Shown here one piece after another: positions 40,905-51,200 of a DNA stretch of 64,000 nt (its first letter is position 1; every line of letters starts with the position of its first letter). The notes beneath the pieces are model-generated. The model ran no database searches. It saw nothing but the letters and a program-made list of their open reading frames with translations, and had not been told where the DNA came from. The translations under genes and the position numbers were made by a program. Source of the DNA: Escherichia coli (GTDB lineage: Bacteria; Pseudomonadota; Gammaproteobacteria; Enterobacterales; Enterobacteriaceae); the NCBI RefSeq assembly GCF_030013595.1, contig NZ_CP122768.1; one strand, given 5' to 3'.

Positions 40905-43099
40905 AATTTGATAAACCCGCAGGGGAAAACCCGATCGATCAGCTGAAGGTTGTCGGTCGTCCCCATGACCGCATCGACGGACCGCTGAAAACTACCGGCA
41001 CGGCACGCTACGCCTACGAATGGTATGAAGAAGCTCCCAACGCCGCCTATGGTTATATCGTCGGTTCCGCCATTGCCAAAGGATGCCTCACCGCCCTCGA
41101 TACGGACGCCGCGCAAAAAGCGCCGGGCGTACTGGCTGTCATTACCGCCAGTAACGCCGGGGCACTCGGCAAAGGCGACAAAAACACCGCCAGGCTGTTA
41201 GGCGGCCCGACTATTGAGCACTATCATCAGGCCATTGCGCTGGTAGTGGCCGAGACCTTCGAACAGGCGCGAGCGGCGGCCTCGCTGGTGCAGGCGCACT
41301 ATCGCCGTAATAAAGGAGCTTACTCCCTGGCGGACGAGAAACAGGCCGTCAGTCAGCCGCCGGAAGACACGCCCGATAAAAATGTTGGTGACTTTGACGG
41401 GGCTTTCACCTCCGCTGCGGTGAAGATTGATGCTACCTACACGACCCCGGACCAGAGCCATATGGCGATGGAGCCGCATGCCTCGATGGCCGTCTGGGAT
41501 GGGAATAAGCTTACCCTCTGGACCTCAAATCAGATGATTGACTGGTGCCGCACCGATCTGGCAAAAACGCTGAAAGTGCCCGTGGAGAATGTGCGTATTA
41601 TCTCCCCGTATATCGGTGGAGGGTTTGGCGGCAAGCTGTTCCTGAGAAGCGATGCGCTGCTGGCGGCCCTCGCCGCCCGTGCGGTGAAACGTCCGGTTAA
41701 AGTGATGCTCCCCCGCCCCACTATTCCCAATAACACAACGCACCGCCCCGCCACCCTTCAGCACCTGCGTATCGGTGCCGACCAGAGCGGGAAAATCACT
41801 GCTATCTCACATGAAAGCTGGTCCGGAAACCTGCCCGGCGGCACGCCGGAAACGGCGGTACAGCAAAGCGAATTTCTTTACGCAGGGGCGAATCGTCATA
41901 CCGGCCTGCGGCTCGCCACGCTTGATTTGCCGGAAGGGAACGCCATGCGTGCGCCCGGCGAAGCCCCCGGTCTGATGGCGCTCGAAATCGCGATCGATGA
42001 ACTGGCGGAAAAAGCAGGCATCGATCCCGTCGAGTTTCGCATCCTGAATGACACTCAGGTTGACCCCGCCGACCCGACGCGCCGCTTCTCTCGCCGTCAG
42101 CTTATTGAGTGCTTGCGCACCGGAGCGGATAAATTTGGCTGGAAGCAGCGCAACGCCACACCCGGACAGGTACGCGACGGGGAGTGGCTAGTCGGCCACG
42201 GTGTTGCGGCGGGCTTTCGCAATAATCTGCTGGAAAAATCGGGTGCTCGGGTTCACCTAGAACAAAACGGCACCGTTACCGTGGAAACGGACATGACCGA
42301 TATTGGCACCGGCAGCTACACAATTCTGGCTCAGACGGCAGCGGAAATGCTTGGCGTACCGCTGGAGCAGGTTGCGGTTCACCTCGGCGATTCCAGTTTC
42401 CCGGTTTCTGCGGGTTCTGGTGGACAATGGGGCGCGAATACCTCCACCTCCGGCGTTTACGCCGCCTGTGTGAAACTTCGCGAAATGATTGCCTCGGCAG
42501 TCGGGTTTGATCCTGGGCAGTCGCAGTTTGCCGACGGCAAGATTACCAACGGTACCCGAAGCGCCACGCTACATGAGGCCACCGCAGGCGGCAGGCTGAC
42601 AGCGGAAGAGAGCATTGAATTCGGAACACTGAGCAAGGAGTACCAGCAATCGACCTTTGCCGGGCATTTTGTGGAGGTCGGCGTGCATAGCGCGACGGGA
42701 GAAGTTCGGGTCCGGCGTATGCTCGCTGTGTGTGCTGCAGGACGCATCCTGAATCCGAAAACCGCACGCAGCCAGGTCATTGGCGCAATGACTATGGGCA
42801 TGGGCGCGGCACTGATGGAGGAGCTGGCGGTGGATGACCGTTTGGGCTACTTCGTTAATCACGATATGGCGGGGTATGAGGTGCCGGTTCATGCGGATAT
42901 CCCAAAACAGGAGGTGATTTTCCTGGATGATACCGACCCCATATCCTCCCCGATGAAGGCCAAAGGTGTCGGTGAGCTGGGCCTGTGCGGCGTGAGCGCG
43001 GCTATCGCCAACGCGGTGTATAACGCCACCGGTATTCGGGTACGGGATTATCCCATCACTCTGGATAAGCTGCTCGATAAGCTGCCGGATGTGGTTTAA
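40901..43099 (+). CDS. paoC: PaoC (YagR) molybdopterin-binding catalytic subunit
   Basis: 732 aa xanthine-dehydrogenase-family Mo subunit (..GGGFGGK.., ..[10 protein letters not shown]..). Confidence 0.92.
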   Translation: MKFDKPAGENPIDQLKVVGRPHDRIDGPLKTTGTARYAYEWYEEAPNAAYGYIVGSAIAKGCLTALDTDAAQKAPGVLAVITASNAGALGKGDKNTARLLGGPTIEHYHQAIALVVAETFEQARAAASLVQAHYRRNKGAYSLADEKQAVSQPPEDTPDKNVGDFDGAFTSAAVKIDATYTTPDQSHMAMEPHASMAVWDGNKLTLWTSNQMIDWCRTDLAKTLKVPVENVRIISPYIGGGFGGKLFLRSDALLAALAARAVKRPVKVMLPRPTIPNNTTHRPATLQHLRIGADQSGKITAISHESWSGNLPGGTPETAVQQSEFLYAGANRHTGLRLATLDLPEGNAMRAPGEAPGLMALEIAIDELAEKAGIDPVEFRILNDTQVDPADPTRRFSRRQLIECLRTGADKFGWKQRNATPGQVRDGEWLVGHGVAAGFRNNLLEKSGARVHLEQNGTVTVETDMTDIGTGSYTILAQTAAEMLGVPLEQVAVHLGDSSFPVSAGSGGQWGANTSTSGVYAACVKLREMIASAVGFDPGQSQFADGKITNGTRSATLHEATAGGRLTAEESIEFGTLSKEYQQSTFAGHFVEVGVHSATGEVRVRRMLAVCAAGRILNPKTARSQVIGAMTMGMGAALMEELAVDDRLGYFVNHDMAGYEVPVHADIPKQEVIFLDDTDPISSPMKAKGVGELGLCGVSAAIANAVYNATGIRVRDYPITLDKLLDKLPDVV

Positions 43100-43108
43100 G
43101 GAGGAACA

Positions 43109-44062
43109 ATGTCATACCCACTTTTTGACAAAGACGAGCACTGGCATAAGCCAGAGCAGGCGTTTCTCACCGATGACCACCGGACCATTCTGCGCTTCGC
43201 CGTAGAGGCGCTAATGTCCGGTAAAGGAGCGGTGCTGGTGACGCTGGTGGAAATACGCGGCGGCGCGGCGCGCCCGCTCGGGGCTCAGATGGTGGTGCGC
43301 GAAGATGGTCGTTACTGCGGTTTTGTCTCTGGCGGCTGCGTGGAGGCCGCTGCCGCTTTTGAAGCGCTGGAGATGATGGGCTCAGGCCGCGATCGCGAAA
43401 TTCGCTATGGCGAAGGTTCGCCGTGGTTTGACATCGTTCTGCCCTGCGGCGGTGGGATCACGCTGACGCTCCATAAACTACGCTCGGCACAGCCTCTGCT
43501 CGCCGTGCTGAACCGCCTGGAACAGAGAAAACCGGCGGGTCTGCGCTACGATCCGCAAGCACAATCGCTGGTGTGCCTGCCCACGCAAACCCGGACAGGC
43601 TGGAATCTCAATGGCTTTGAGGTGGGGTTCAGGCCATGCGTCAGGCTGATGATTTACGGACGTTCTCTTGAGGCGCAGGCAACCGCGAGTCTTGCAGCAG
43701 CCACAGGCTATGACAGCCATATCTTCGATCTTTTTCCGGCCTCAGCCAGCGCTCAGATCGATACCGATACGGCGGTCATTTTGCTGTGCCATGATCTCAA
43801 CCGGGAGCTGCCAGTGTTGCAGGCCGCGCGAGAAGCAAAACCCTTTTATCTCGGCGCATTGGGCAGCTATCGAACCCACACTTTACGTCTGCAAAAGCTC
43901 CACGAGCTGGGATGGTCCAGGGAGGAGACAGCGCAAATCCGGGCACCCGTCGGGATATTCCCCAAAGCCCGGGATGCGCATACTCTGGCACTCTCCGTGC
44001 TGGCAGAAGTCGCCGCTGTACGTCTCCGTCAGGAGGATTCATGCCTGCCCCCATCGTCCTGA
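43109..44062 (+). CDS. paoD: PaoD (YagQ) XdhC/CoxI-family molybdenum-cofactor insertion chaperone
   Basis: 317 aa. VTLVEIRGGAARPLGAQMVV and GFVSGGCVE motifs. Confidence 0.88.
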   Translation: MSYPLFDKDEHWHKPEQAFLTDDHRTILRFAVEALMSGKGAVLVTLVEIRGGAARPLGAQMVVREDGRYCGFVSGGCVEAAAAFEALEMMGSGRDREIRYGEGSPWFDIVLPCGGGITLTLHKLRSAQPLLAVLNRLEQRKPAGLRYDPQAQSLVCLPTQTRTGWNLNGFEVGFRPCVRLMIYGRSLEAQATASLAAATGYDSHIFDLFPASASAQIDTDTAVILLCHDLNRELPVLQAAREAKPFYLGALGSYRTHTLRLQKLHELGWSREETAQIRAPVGIFPKARDAHTLALSVLAEVAAVRLRQEDSCLPPSS

Positions 44063-44148
44063 TCCTCGCGGCGGGGCGTGGGGAGCGCTTCCTCACCTCC
44101 GGGGGAAATACCCATAAATTAAGAGAAAAATCTGCAGTAGCCGTTTAA
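44041..44148 (+). pseudogene. 5' stub of a MobA/MocA-like nucleotidyltransferase (35 codons)
   Basis: MPAPIVLILAAGRGERFLTSGGNTHKL.. is the LAAGxGxR NTP-transferase N-terminus. The start overlaps the paoD end by 22 nt. The frame ends at 44146-44148. Confidence 0.5.
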
Positions 44149-44167
44149 GAAAATCACCTAAATCGTT

Positions 44168-44197
44168 TAAAAGAGCGCCCAACCCATAGTGGGCGCT
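44168..44197 (-). terminator. Intrinsic terminator of the MFS gene
   Basis: AGCGCCCA (44174-44181) pairs with TGGGCGCT (44190-44197). On the minus strand it is followed by CTTTT. Confidence 0.55.
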
Positions 44198-44240
44198 TAT
44201 CGCCTTGTGTAACTTATTCAGCAACGCGCGCCTCGCCGGA

Positions 44241-45434
44241 CTAAAGCGCACCGGCCTTCTGGCGTGCGGTAACAAAGGTCAGTACGCCAGCGCAAAGGAG
44301 CAGCACGCTACTCATAGCAAACGTGCTCTGCCAGCCAAGGCGGTCAAACACAATGCCTCCTGCCGTTGATCCAAGGGCGATGGCGAGCTGAATCACCGCG
44401 ACCATGAGCCCGCCTCCGGCTTCGGCGTTGTCAGGCAACGTACGCGCAATCCATGTCCACCATCCGGTTGGCGCGGCGGTGGCCAGCATGCCCCAGAGTC
44501 CTAACAGCAGCGAGACCGTCCAGACGTGATGCCCGGTAAGCATCAGACCGATGGCAATGACGGCCATCAGTCCGGGTATGGCCATCAGCGTGGGGTAGAA
44601 TTTTCTGTTGAGAAATGCCGAAACAACCAGCGTGCCAATAAAACCGGCCACGCCGATAATCAGCAAAATCGACGACAAGCCTAAGGAATTAACCCGTGTC
44701 ACCGACTCCAGAAACGGGCGCACATAGGTGAATAGCGCAAACTGCCCCATGAAAAACAGGCCACAAGCTATCATGCCGACCACAACCATGCGGCGGCTAA
44801 ATAAGCGGAATACCGCGCCACATGAAGTGTGGCTTTTATTCGCATCCATGCTTGGCAGGCTGATGCACTGCCAGATAAAGGCGACAACCGCGATGGGCAC
44901 CAGGCACAAGAAAGCGCCTCGCCATCCGACCGTAGCCCCCAGATAGCTTCCCAGCGGTGCGGCCACGACCGTCGCCAGCGCATTACCGGCGTTGAAAATT
45001 GCCAGCGCACGCGTGACCTGATGCTGCGGCACCAGACGAATCGCCGTTGCCGCTGACATCGACCAGAATCCGCCAATAGCCACACCAATCATCGCACGAC
45101 CGACCATATACATCAGATAACTGGAAGCCAGCGCAATAATAAGCCCCGATACGGCCATCAGAACCGTCATCCCCAGCAGCAGGAACTTACGATTCATCTT
45201 TCCAGCTAGCGTTGAAAGCGTCAGGCTGGTCAGAACCGCCAGCGCGCCGGAGATAGCAATCCCCTGCCCTGCCAGCCCCTCCGTCACGCCTAAATCGCGG
45301 GTAATCGGCGTGAGCAGGCTGACGGGCATAAATTCAGAAGCAATCAGCACAAACACGCACAGGGTCATGGCAAAAATACCGCCCCAGTATGCGCGCTGAT
45401 GATGAGGTGATAGTGTTTGGCTTAGTGTCGACAT
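44241..45434 (-). CDS. MFS transporter (12-TM, drug/sugar efflux-like)
   Basis: 397 aa, highly hydrophobic, with the typical MFS loop motif (..LAGKMNRKF..). Confidence 0.8.
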   Translation of the reverse strand: MSTLSQTLSPHHQRAYWGGIFAMTLCVFVLIASEFMPVSLLTPITRDLGVTEGLAGQGIAISGALAVLTSLTLSTLAGKMNRKFLLLGMTVLMAVSGLIIALASSYLMYMVGRAMIGVAIGGFWSMSAATAIRLVPQHQVTRALAIFNAGNALATVVAAPLGSYLGATVGWRGAFLCLVPIAVVAFIWQCISLPSMDANKSHTSCGAVFRLFSRRMVVVGMIACGLFFMGQFALFTYVRPFLESVTRVNSLGLSSILLIIGVAGFIGTLVVSAFLNRKFYPTLMAIPGLMAVIAIGLMLTGHHVWTVSLLLGLWGMLATAAPTGWWTWIARTLPDNAEAGGGLMVAVIQLAIALGSTAGGIVFDRLGWQSTFAMSSVLLLCAGVLTFVTARQKAGAL

Positions 45435-45509
45435 AGTGAAATTTCACAAAGATCAGGATAAAAGCCACCAGCCTATGGCCGATGGCTTTGCATCAATTCA
45501 GGAGAGGTT

Positions 45510-46646
45510 TTATTTCAGTTTGGTCTGGAAAAATTGTTCGAACTTCGCGAAAGGTATTTTTCCGGCCACGTTATCGTACAGGTCCACGTGATTTGCCCCT
45601 GGTACCACCACCAACTCTTTGTCGTTACTGCCAACCGCCTTGTAAGCATCTTCAGCAAAATAACGTGAATGCGCTTTCTCACCGGTCACAATCAGCGTCG
45701 GAATGGTGATTTCACTGGCGTAGCTCAACAGCGGCATATTCATAAATGACAGCGGCATCGTTGCCGTCCACGCCCCGGTAGAGTTAACGGAACGTTCGTG
45801 GAAGCCGCGCGGCATGCGATAGTAGTCAAAGAACTCTTTCAGTACCGGATGAGGATTTGCCGGCAGCGTTTCTGGCAGAATGCGCTCGCCCGCACTGACC
45901 TTGCCGTTGCTGTCGACATTAATATCATGACCACCGTGAGCGAACGTTCCGCTCTTCGCATCCTTCCAGCGCTGTTCATTCAGATATTGCAGAACAGCAC
46001 GACGGTCGGCGGTAGAATAACGGTCTTTGCCATCCCCCACACCATGACCCATCGCCCGGCTCATGTCATACATCACGCTGGTAGCTACCGCTTTAACGCG
46101 GGTATCCATCGCTACGTCGTTCAGCGCCATGCCGCCCCAGCCACAAATACCGAGCAGCCCGATACGGTTGCGATCTACCTCTTTTTGCAGCCCTAAGAAA
46201 TCCACCGCCGCGCTGAAATCTTCAGTGTTGATATCCGGTGAGGCGACGTTTCGCGGATAGCCGCCGCTTTCCCCGGTGTAAGAAGGATCGAACGCCAAGG
46301 TAACAAACCCTCGTTCCGCCAGCGTCTGCGCATACAGGCCGCTGGATTGCTCTTTCACCGCGCCAAATGGCCCACTGACCGCAATCGCCGCCAGCTTGCG
46401 ATCGCCACGGTCTTTAGGCAGGTAAAGATCGCCCACTAAGGTGATGCCATATCGGTTCGGGAACGAGACTTTACGGTGATCGACTTTCTGGCTCTCGGCG
46501 AACGTTTTATCCCATTTATCTGTCATGGACACAGGGGCATTAGGATTGGTTGAATCAGCATAACTCATTGTCGTGACTCCACTTAATGATGCGAAAAGCA
46601 GCATGGTCGGCATCGCGGTTTTTAGCGTGCGGGTGAAGGCTTTCAT
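45510..46646 (-). CDS. Secreted alpha/beta hydrolase-fold protein
   Basis: 378 aa from MKAFTRTLKTAMPTMLLFASLSGVTTMSYA (signal peptide). Nucleophile-elbow-like GICGWGG. Confidence 0.7.
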   Translation of the reverse strand: MKAFTRTLKTAMPTMLLFASLSGVTTMSYADSTNPNAPVSMTDKWDKTFAESQKVDHRKVSFPNRYGITLVGDLYLPKDRGDRKLAAIAVSGPFGAVKEQSSGLYAQTLAERGFVTLAFDPSYTGESGGYPRNVASPDINTEDFSAAVDFLGLQKEVDRNRIGLLGICGWGGMALNDVAMDTRVKAVATSVMYDMSRAMGHGVGDGKDRYSTADRRAVLQYLNEQRWKDAKSGTFAHGGHDINVDSNGKVSAGERILPETLPANPHPVLKEFFDYYRMPRGFHERSVNSTGAWTATMPLSFMNMPLLSYASEITIPTLIVTGEKAHSRYFAEDAYKAVGSNDKELVVVPGANHVDLYDNVAGKIPFAKFEQFFQTKLK

Positions 46647-46832
46647 AAAAATCCCCATAAAAAACAACAGAGAGATACAGGTTTCCGACGGACAACGCTG
46701 CGGTGCTTTGCTTTGATGGGGTCATTATAGTGAGCAGAATTAGTGCTGATTAGGGGGCGATTAATGCTAAGATTAATACCATATTGTTATAAATTAATGT
46801 GGAGATTGCCGGCATGAAGGGGGGATGTTTCA

Positions 46833-47717
46833 ATGGCGAAAAGGGAGAACTACAACGAGCTGTACCTGTTTATGCAGGTGGTGCGAGAAGGCAGCTTTAC
46901 CGCAGCGGCTCAGCGGCTGGGTCTTGCTCAGTCAGGAGTCAGCCGTTCTGTTCGCGAGCTTGAAGAAAGGCTGGGCGTCCAGCTGCTAGTGCGCACCACG
47001 CGTAAACTGTCGCTGACACAAGCAGGCGAGCAGCTCTACCAGAAGACGGCATCTGGATTTGAAATGTTAGATCTTGGGCTTGCCACGCTGGCGCACTATC
47101 GAGAGACGCCCTCCGGCACGGTGCGTATCAATGCCAGCCAGCACGCGATTGATAAATGCCTGCTGCCAAAGCTGGCGGTATTTAAACAGAGATATCCTGA
47201 TATCCGGCTTGAACTGATAAATGAGAGCCGGTTCGTCGATATCATCGAGGAAAGATTCGATGCAGGTGTCCGCCTGGGGCCTGAAGTCGGCCAGGGTATG
47301 GTCGCGGTACGCATCACGCCCGATATGGAGATGGCAATTGTGGGGACTCCGGAACATTTTCGTCGCTATGGTTTTCCGCAAACCCCGGCGGATTTAAAGG
47401 CGCATCCCTGTATCGCCTATCAGTTTGCCGACGGCAGCGTATACCAGTGGGAACTCAATCAGGATGATAAAAAAATCACTCATCGCCCTGAAGGGCAATG
47501 GGCCCTATCCGACAGCTATATGGAAGCAGAAGCCGCCCGGCTGGGCCTCGGATTGGCCTATGTTCCTGTTGAACTGGTCGCGGATGATTTAGAACACGGT
47601 AAGCTTATCAGGGTGTTGCAGCGTTACAGCCTGCGAATGGAGGGATTGTTTCTCTATTACCCTCATCGCAACGTCTCCCCCGCCCTGCGGATGGTCATTG
47701 ATACATTGAAAATCTGA
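46833..47717 (+). CDS. LysR-family transcriptional regulator
   Basis: 294 aa. HTH FTAAAQRLGLAQSGVSRSVRELEERL. Divergent from the hydrolase/MFS pair. Confidence 0.85.
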   Translation: MAKRENYNELYLFMQVVREGSFTAAAQRLGLAQSGVSRSVRELEERLGVQLLVRTTRKLSLTQAGEQLYQKTASGFEMLDLGLATLAHYRETPSGTVRINASQHAIDKCLLPKLAVFKQRYPDIRLELINESRFVDIIEERFDAGVRLGPEVGQGMVAVRITPDMEMAIVGTPEHFRRYGFPQTPADLKAHPCIAYQFADGSVYQWELNQDDKKITHRPEGQWALSDSYMEAEAARLGLGLAYVPVELVADDLEHGKLIRVLQRYSLRMEGLFLYYPHRNVSPALRMVIDTLKI

Positions 47718-47940
47718 ACGTTAACAACGACCGACTCTTCACTGTGCAAAATTGTGTCAGGTAGTCCCTCTGCGTTCAATTCCAGGGTCTGTACAGTCTG
47801 CTTTGAGCGAGAAAGAGGGGACTATCCAGCAATGGAGATCACCCAAAAGAAAAAACCACCTGGCTCCCTCGACAACCTTCATCCAGGCATTTAGCCTCAA
47901 TCAACATTTTTATATCTGTCAGGTTACTTCATGATGAAAA

Positions 47941-48205
47941 CTGATCATTATCGTTGTTTTTGTTGCAATAGTAGAATACGCGTATTTATTCCTCCATCTC
48001 TATTAATAACGGCAATAAACTGTTCACTTCACTGATATTTAAAATATGTATCCTTTTCAAGCTGTTCAGCGGCGTAAGAAAAAGTATTAATTATGAATTC
48101 GATGATTTAACCATATCTGTCTGATTGGTAATCATCCGTGATTAATGCTGGTCTATTGATTACGCCAGCATTAACCGCTTAGGGATGTATTCTTCCTGTT
48201 CATAT
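47941..48205 (+). repeat. Decayed second copy of the ykgR...ykgO locus (internal ~0.68-kb deletion)
   Basis: 47941-48054 aligns with 28648-28762 (ykgR 3' half plus downstream). 48055-48205 aligns with 29439-29590 (the last ~10 ykgO codons, read here as ..AVQRRKKKY*, plus the terminator region). Confidence 0.8.
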
Positions 48206-48283
48206 AGCCCTCGAAAAAGAGAGAAAATAAAACTGTGTCCAATATTAATTTACCACTCCAGACCGAAGCATCGGTGGGATTAG

Positions 48284-48517
48284 CAGAATGATCTGCGTCT
48301 GATGTTGAGGCTGGCTCTTGCCGGCGCAGGCATAACAATTGCCACTCAGGAAACTTTCAGGCCATATATTGAAAGCGGTAAGCTTGTATCGCTGCTTGAT
48401 GACTTTCTTCCACAATTTCCGGGCTTCTATCTGTATTTCCCACAGCGTCGCAATATTGCACCAAAGCTCCGCGCCCTGATTGACCACGTCAAGGAATGGC
48501 GGCAGCAATTGGCTTAA
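48284..48517 (+). pseudogene. yagP: C-terminal remnant of a LysR-family regulator (yagP-like)
   Basis: ..DLRLMLRLALAGAGITIATQETFRPYIESGKLVSLLDDFLPQFPGFYLYFPQRRNIAPKLRALIDHV.. is the LysR effector-domain C-terminus only. An in-frame stop lies at 48281. Confidence 0.7.
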
Positions 48518-48644
48518 ATGTCTGCACCTGCACTGCCTGATGTCAGAACAGTATTTTGATGAATTGCCAGGGTTACAATGGCACAAATACGGCACAGGAG
48601 GAAAATGTGGTGTAATTGAATGTGAGGTAACTACTTGATTTAAA

Positions 48645-48690
48645 TGGTGCCGATAAGAGGAGTCGAACCTCCGACCTTCGCATTACGAAT
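48645..48690 (-). pseudogene. ptwF: Pseudo-tRNA-Thr: 3' 46 nt of a thrW-like tRNA (ptwF-like att remnant)
   Basis: The minus strand reads ATTCGTAATGCGAAGGTCGGAGGTTCGACTCCTCTTATCGGCACCA, i.e. anticodon-loop half (CGT), T-arm, 3' acceptor strand and CCA. No 5' half is present. Confidence 0.8.
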
Positions 48691-48855
48691 TAGCGAGACC
48701 AGTGATTCAAGATGTTCACATCCGTTTCAGCATACAATAAAAAATATATAAAAATCAACAAAATAGACATAAATGCAGTATCAAGATGTTTCGCCTTGTT
48801 TCTGATGATATCATGTTAAATGTGTACCCCACTGTGTACCCAAAAGGCTGAAGAT

Positions 48856-50175
48856 ATGACTTTTACTATTACACAAGACAGACAATTGGCTTCATTGACC
48901 GTTACTAAAGAAGAAAAAGAAATCTTATTTGCTGTAAAATCTAAAGCTGGGGGAGGACTCTTTATACGCGTTCGTTATGGTAGCGACAATAAAAGCTGGA
49001 TTTATCGTTATCGAATAGCTCAAAAGCCAGCTAAATTAACACTAGGTAGTTACCCTGCCATGGGATTAGCTCAAGCTCGTAAAGCTCATGCGGATGCAAT
49101 TGAATTAGTAAGAAAAGGTATAGATCCTCGTCATATTAGAAAAAATGAAAAACAAAAAAATGAACAAATGATTATTTACTCTGAATTATGGAAAGATTGG
49201 ATAGAATTCAGAAAGACAAGTAAACCAATTAGCACCAGACCCCTTGCAGATTATGAAGGGACTTATCACCGCCACCTTGAAAAAGCATTAGGAAACCTTC
49301 GCATTGACGAACTTACCAAAAGCGTTATTTTTGAACATCTCAGTAATGTAAGAAAAACCAGTTCTGAAGCAGTTCGTAAAGGATTAATTATTCTAAATAT
49401 GACTCTTGATCATGCCAACTTACAGGGTATGCTTGAGCATAACCCAGCACGACTGCTCAAACCAGCAATGTTTGGTGCATCGATGAATAAACCTCGCGAG
49501 CGATGGCTTCCTGAGAATGAACTCCGGATGCTATGGAAGGCTTTGGATGATGCTACTGTTGGAGGAGGCTCCATTGCATCTGGTGGCTATGGAATTTCCT
49601 CTAGTGTGGTATTATCTCATTCTGTCGCAAATGCACTCCGTTTGATTATTTTCACAGGAGTGCGCCGCTCTGAAGCGGCACAAATGCGCTGGGATCAAAT
49701 TAATGGAGAGCGTTGGACCATACCAGCCACTAAAAATGGGAAAAGCCATATTGTTACTTTACATCCGTATATGCTTTCTTTAATAAAAACACAACGTGAA
49801 TTCACTGAAGGTGCATATGTTTTTGGTTCTACTAGCAAACCTGGCTTTCCCATCACAAATGACGCTCTGACTCGCGCGTTAGAAAGGGTTCGCTCTAAGT
49901 ATCTAGCCGAACTTACTCCATTTTCTCCTCATGATCTGCGTAGAAGTGTTGCGACTGGATGCGCTGAATACCTTGATGCTCCAGAGCGCCTAATAGAGTT
50001 ACTGTTAAATCATGTACCCAAAGACCGTTTAATACGAACATATCAAGTCGGACAACAAGCTGAAAAATTAAAAAATTTATTTATAGAATGGGGGAATTTT
50101 ATTATGAATAACGTCATTACTGTGCAGCAGAATGCTCCGGATAATGTTATTCATATAAAATTTGGGAACAGATGA
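48856..50175 (+). CDS. intF: Tyrosine integrase (IntF/CP4-6-type), AT-rich
   Basis: 439 aa from MTFTITQDRQLASL. DUF4102-like N-terminus (GGLFIRVRYGSDNKSWIYRYR). C-terminal ..FTGVRRSEAAQMRW.., ..HDLRRSVATG.., ..LLNHV..IRTY. Confidence 0.85.
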   Translation: MTFTITQDRQLASLTVTKEEKEILFAVKSKAGGGLFIRVRYGSDNKSWIYRYRIAQKPAKLTLGSYPAMGLAQARKAHADAIELVRKGIDPRHIRKNEKQKNEQMIIYSELWKDWIEFRKTSKPISTRPLADYEGTYHRHLEKALGNLRIDELTKSVIFEHLSNVRKTSSEAVRKGLIILNMTLDHANLQGMLEHNPARLLKPAMFGASMNKPRERWLPENELRMLWKALDDATVGGGSIASGGYGISSSVVLSHSVANALRLIIFTGVRRSEAAQMRWDQINGERWTIPATKNGKSHIVTLHPYMLSLIKTQREFTEGAYVFGSTSKPGFPITNDALTRALERVRSKYLAELTPFSPHDLRRSVATGCAEYLDAPERLIELLLNHVPKDRLIRTYQVGQQAEKLKNLFIEWGNFIMNNVITVQQNAPDNVIHIKFGNR

Positions 50176-50267
50176 TAAAAATACATGCATGGTCTGAGAT
50201 ACCCTGTCTACTCGACCATGCAGTATGGTTCAACTAAATCAGTCACAACAAGAAATGATTAGTTTTA

Positions 50268-51116
50268 TTAGATATTGTATGGGATTATTTCTGGATAATA
50301 CTTCGCAATGATGTCATTTAGCCGATCAACCAGTTCTGGTTTTCTGAACGTGATATGCGCGGAGCCCTTCTTAAAGTATCTGATGCTGAACATCTCATCT
50401 TCATAGCAGGCTTTGCCCTGAACGGAGCGGATGTGATCATCCAGCCGAATAATGATATTTTCCCGGCTGTCGGGGATCGGTTTGCCGCTGAACAGGTGCA
50501 GCATTCTTTCCAGGTCGGCAAGTCGATCTGCCTGTTGCCCGGTGATAAGATGCAATCCCCACCGGTCCCACCTCACCAGATTGTTGACGATAATTTTACT
50601 GCCAAATTTACAGGGGCAATTGGTTTTGTAATCCCAGCTCAGTCCCCTGAAGACGTTGATGCCCCCACGCTCAAACACTTCATCCTTATTCTGGTGTAGT
50701 TGCTCAAACGTACTCAGTATATTCTCTTCACTGATTTCCGGAAAATTATCGTACTCCAGTGACCGGTACCATGTATCACGGGCCTGTGCATCCATTAAGG
50801 AAAGCATCCCTGAACGTTGCATCAGGTCACGCCAGATTTCACGGTCAAGGTTGCGGGTGATGGCTTTCATTGCCGTTTCAGGTTTCTCCATCAGCCAGCA
50901 ACCGCAGCGAAAATCCTGTTTCATGGCCCAGTCCGGAGCAGTTTTACCTCCAATACTTTCTGTCATTGCTGATATTTCAGCCAGTTGCCGGATAAGTGTG
51001 TCGATTTGCAGCAGTGTGCTCTTTCGTACAGCCAAAATGTGGCGGATACTGGTTGAGCAGATAACGTCCGTATGCCCGTTGACCACTTCCGGACGGGAGA
51101 TTGTGATGTCTGACAT
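50268..51116 (-). CDS. DUF4942-domain protein
   Basis: 282 aa. The position after yeeW/cbtA is typical of CP4-type islands. Family assignment from recollection. Confidence 0.55.
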   Translation of the reverse strand: MSDITISRPEVVNGHTDVICSTSIRHILAVRKSTLLQIDTLIRQLAEISAMTESIGGKTAPDWAMKQDFRCGCWLMEKPETAMKAITRNLDREIWRDLMQRSGMLSLMDAQARDTWYRSLEYDNFPEISEENILSTFEQLHQNKDEVFERGGINVFRGLSWDYKTNCPCKFGSKIIVNNLVRWDRWGLHLITGQQADRLADLERMLHLFSGKPIPDSRENIIIRLDDHIRSVQGKACYEDEMFSIRYFKKGSAHITFRKPELVDRLNDIIAKYYPEIIPYNI

Positions 51117-51200
51117 TATCGGTTTCCCTTTTGGTTTATAAACGAAAACGCCAGCCCTGTTCAGGCTGACGTCAGTGGAATGAAGTATGGTGAGTGATAT

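Noticed and set aside
48245-48595. 116-aa minus-strand ORF
   Set aside because: It is antisense to the recognisable LysR C-terminal remnant (yagP-like) and shows no family similarity.
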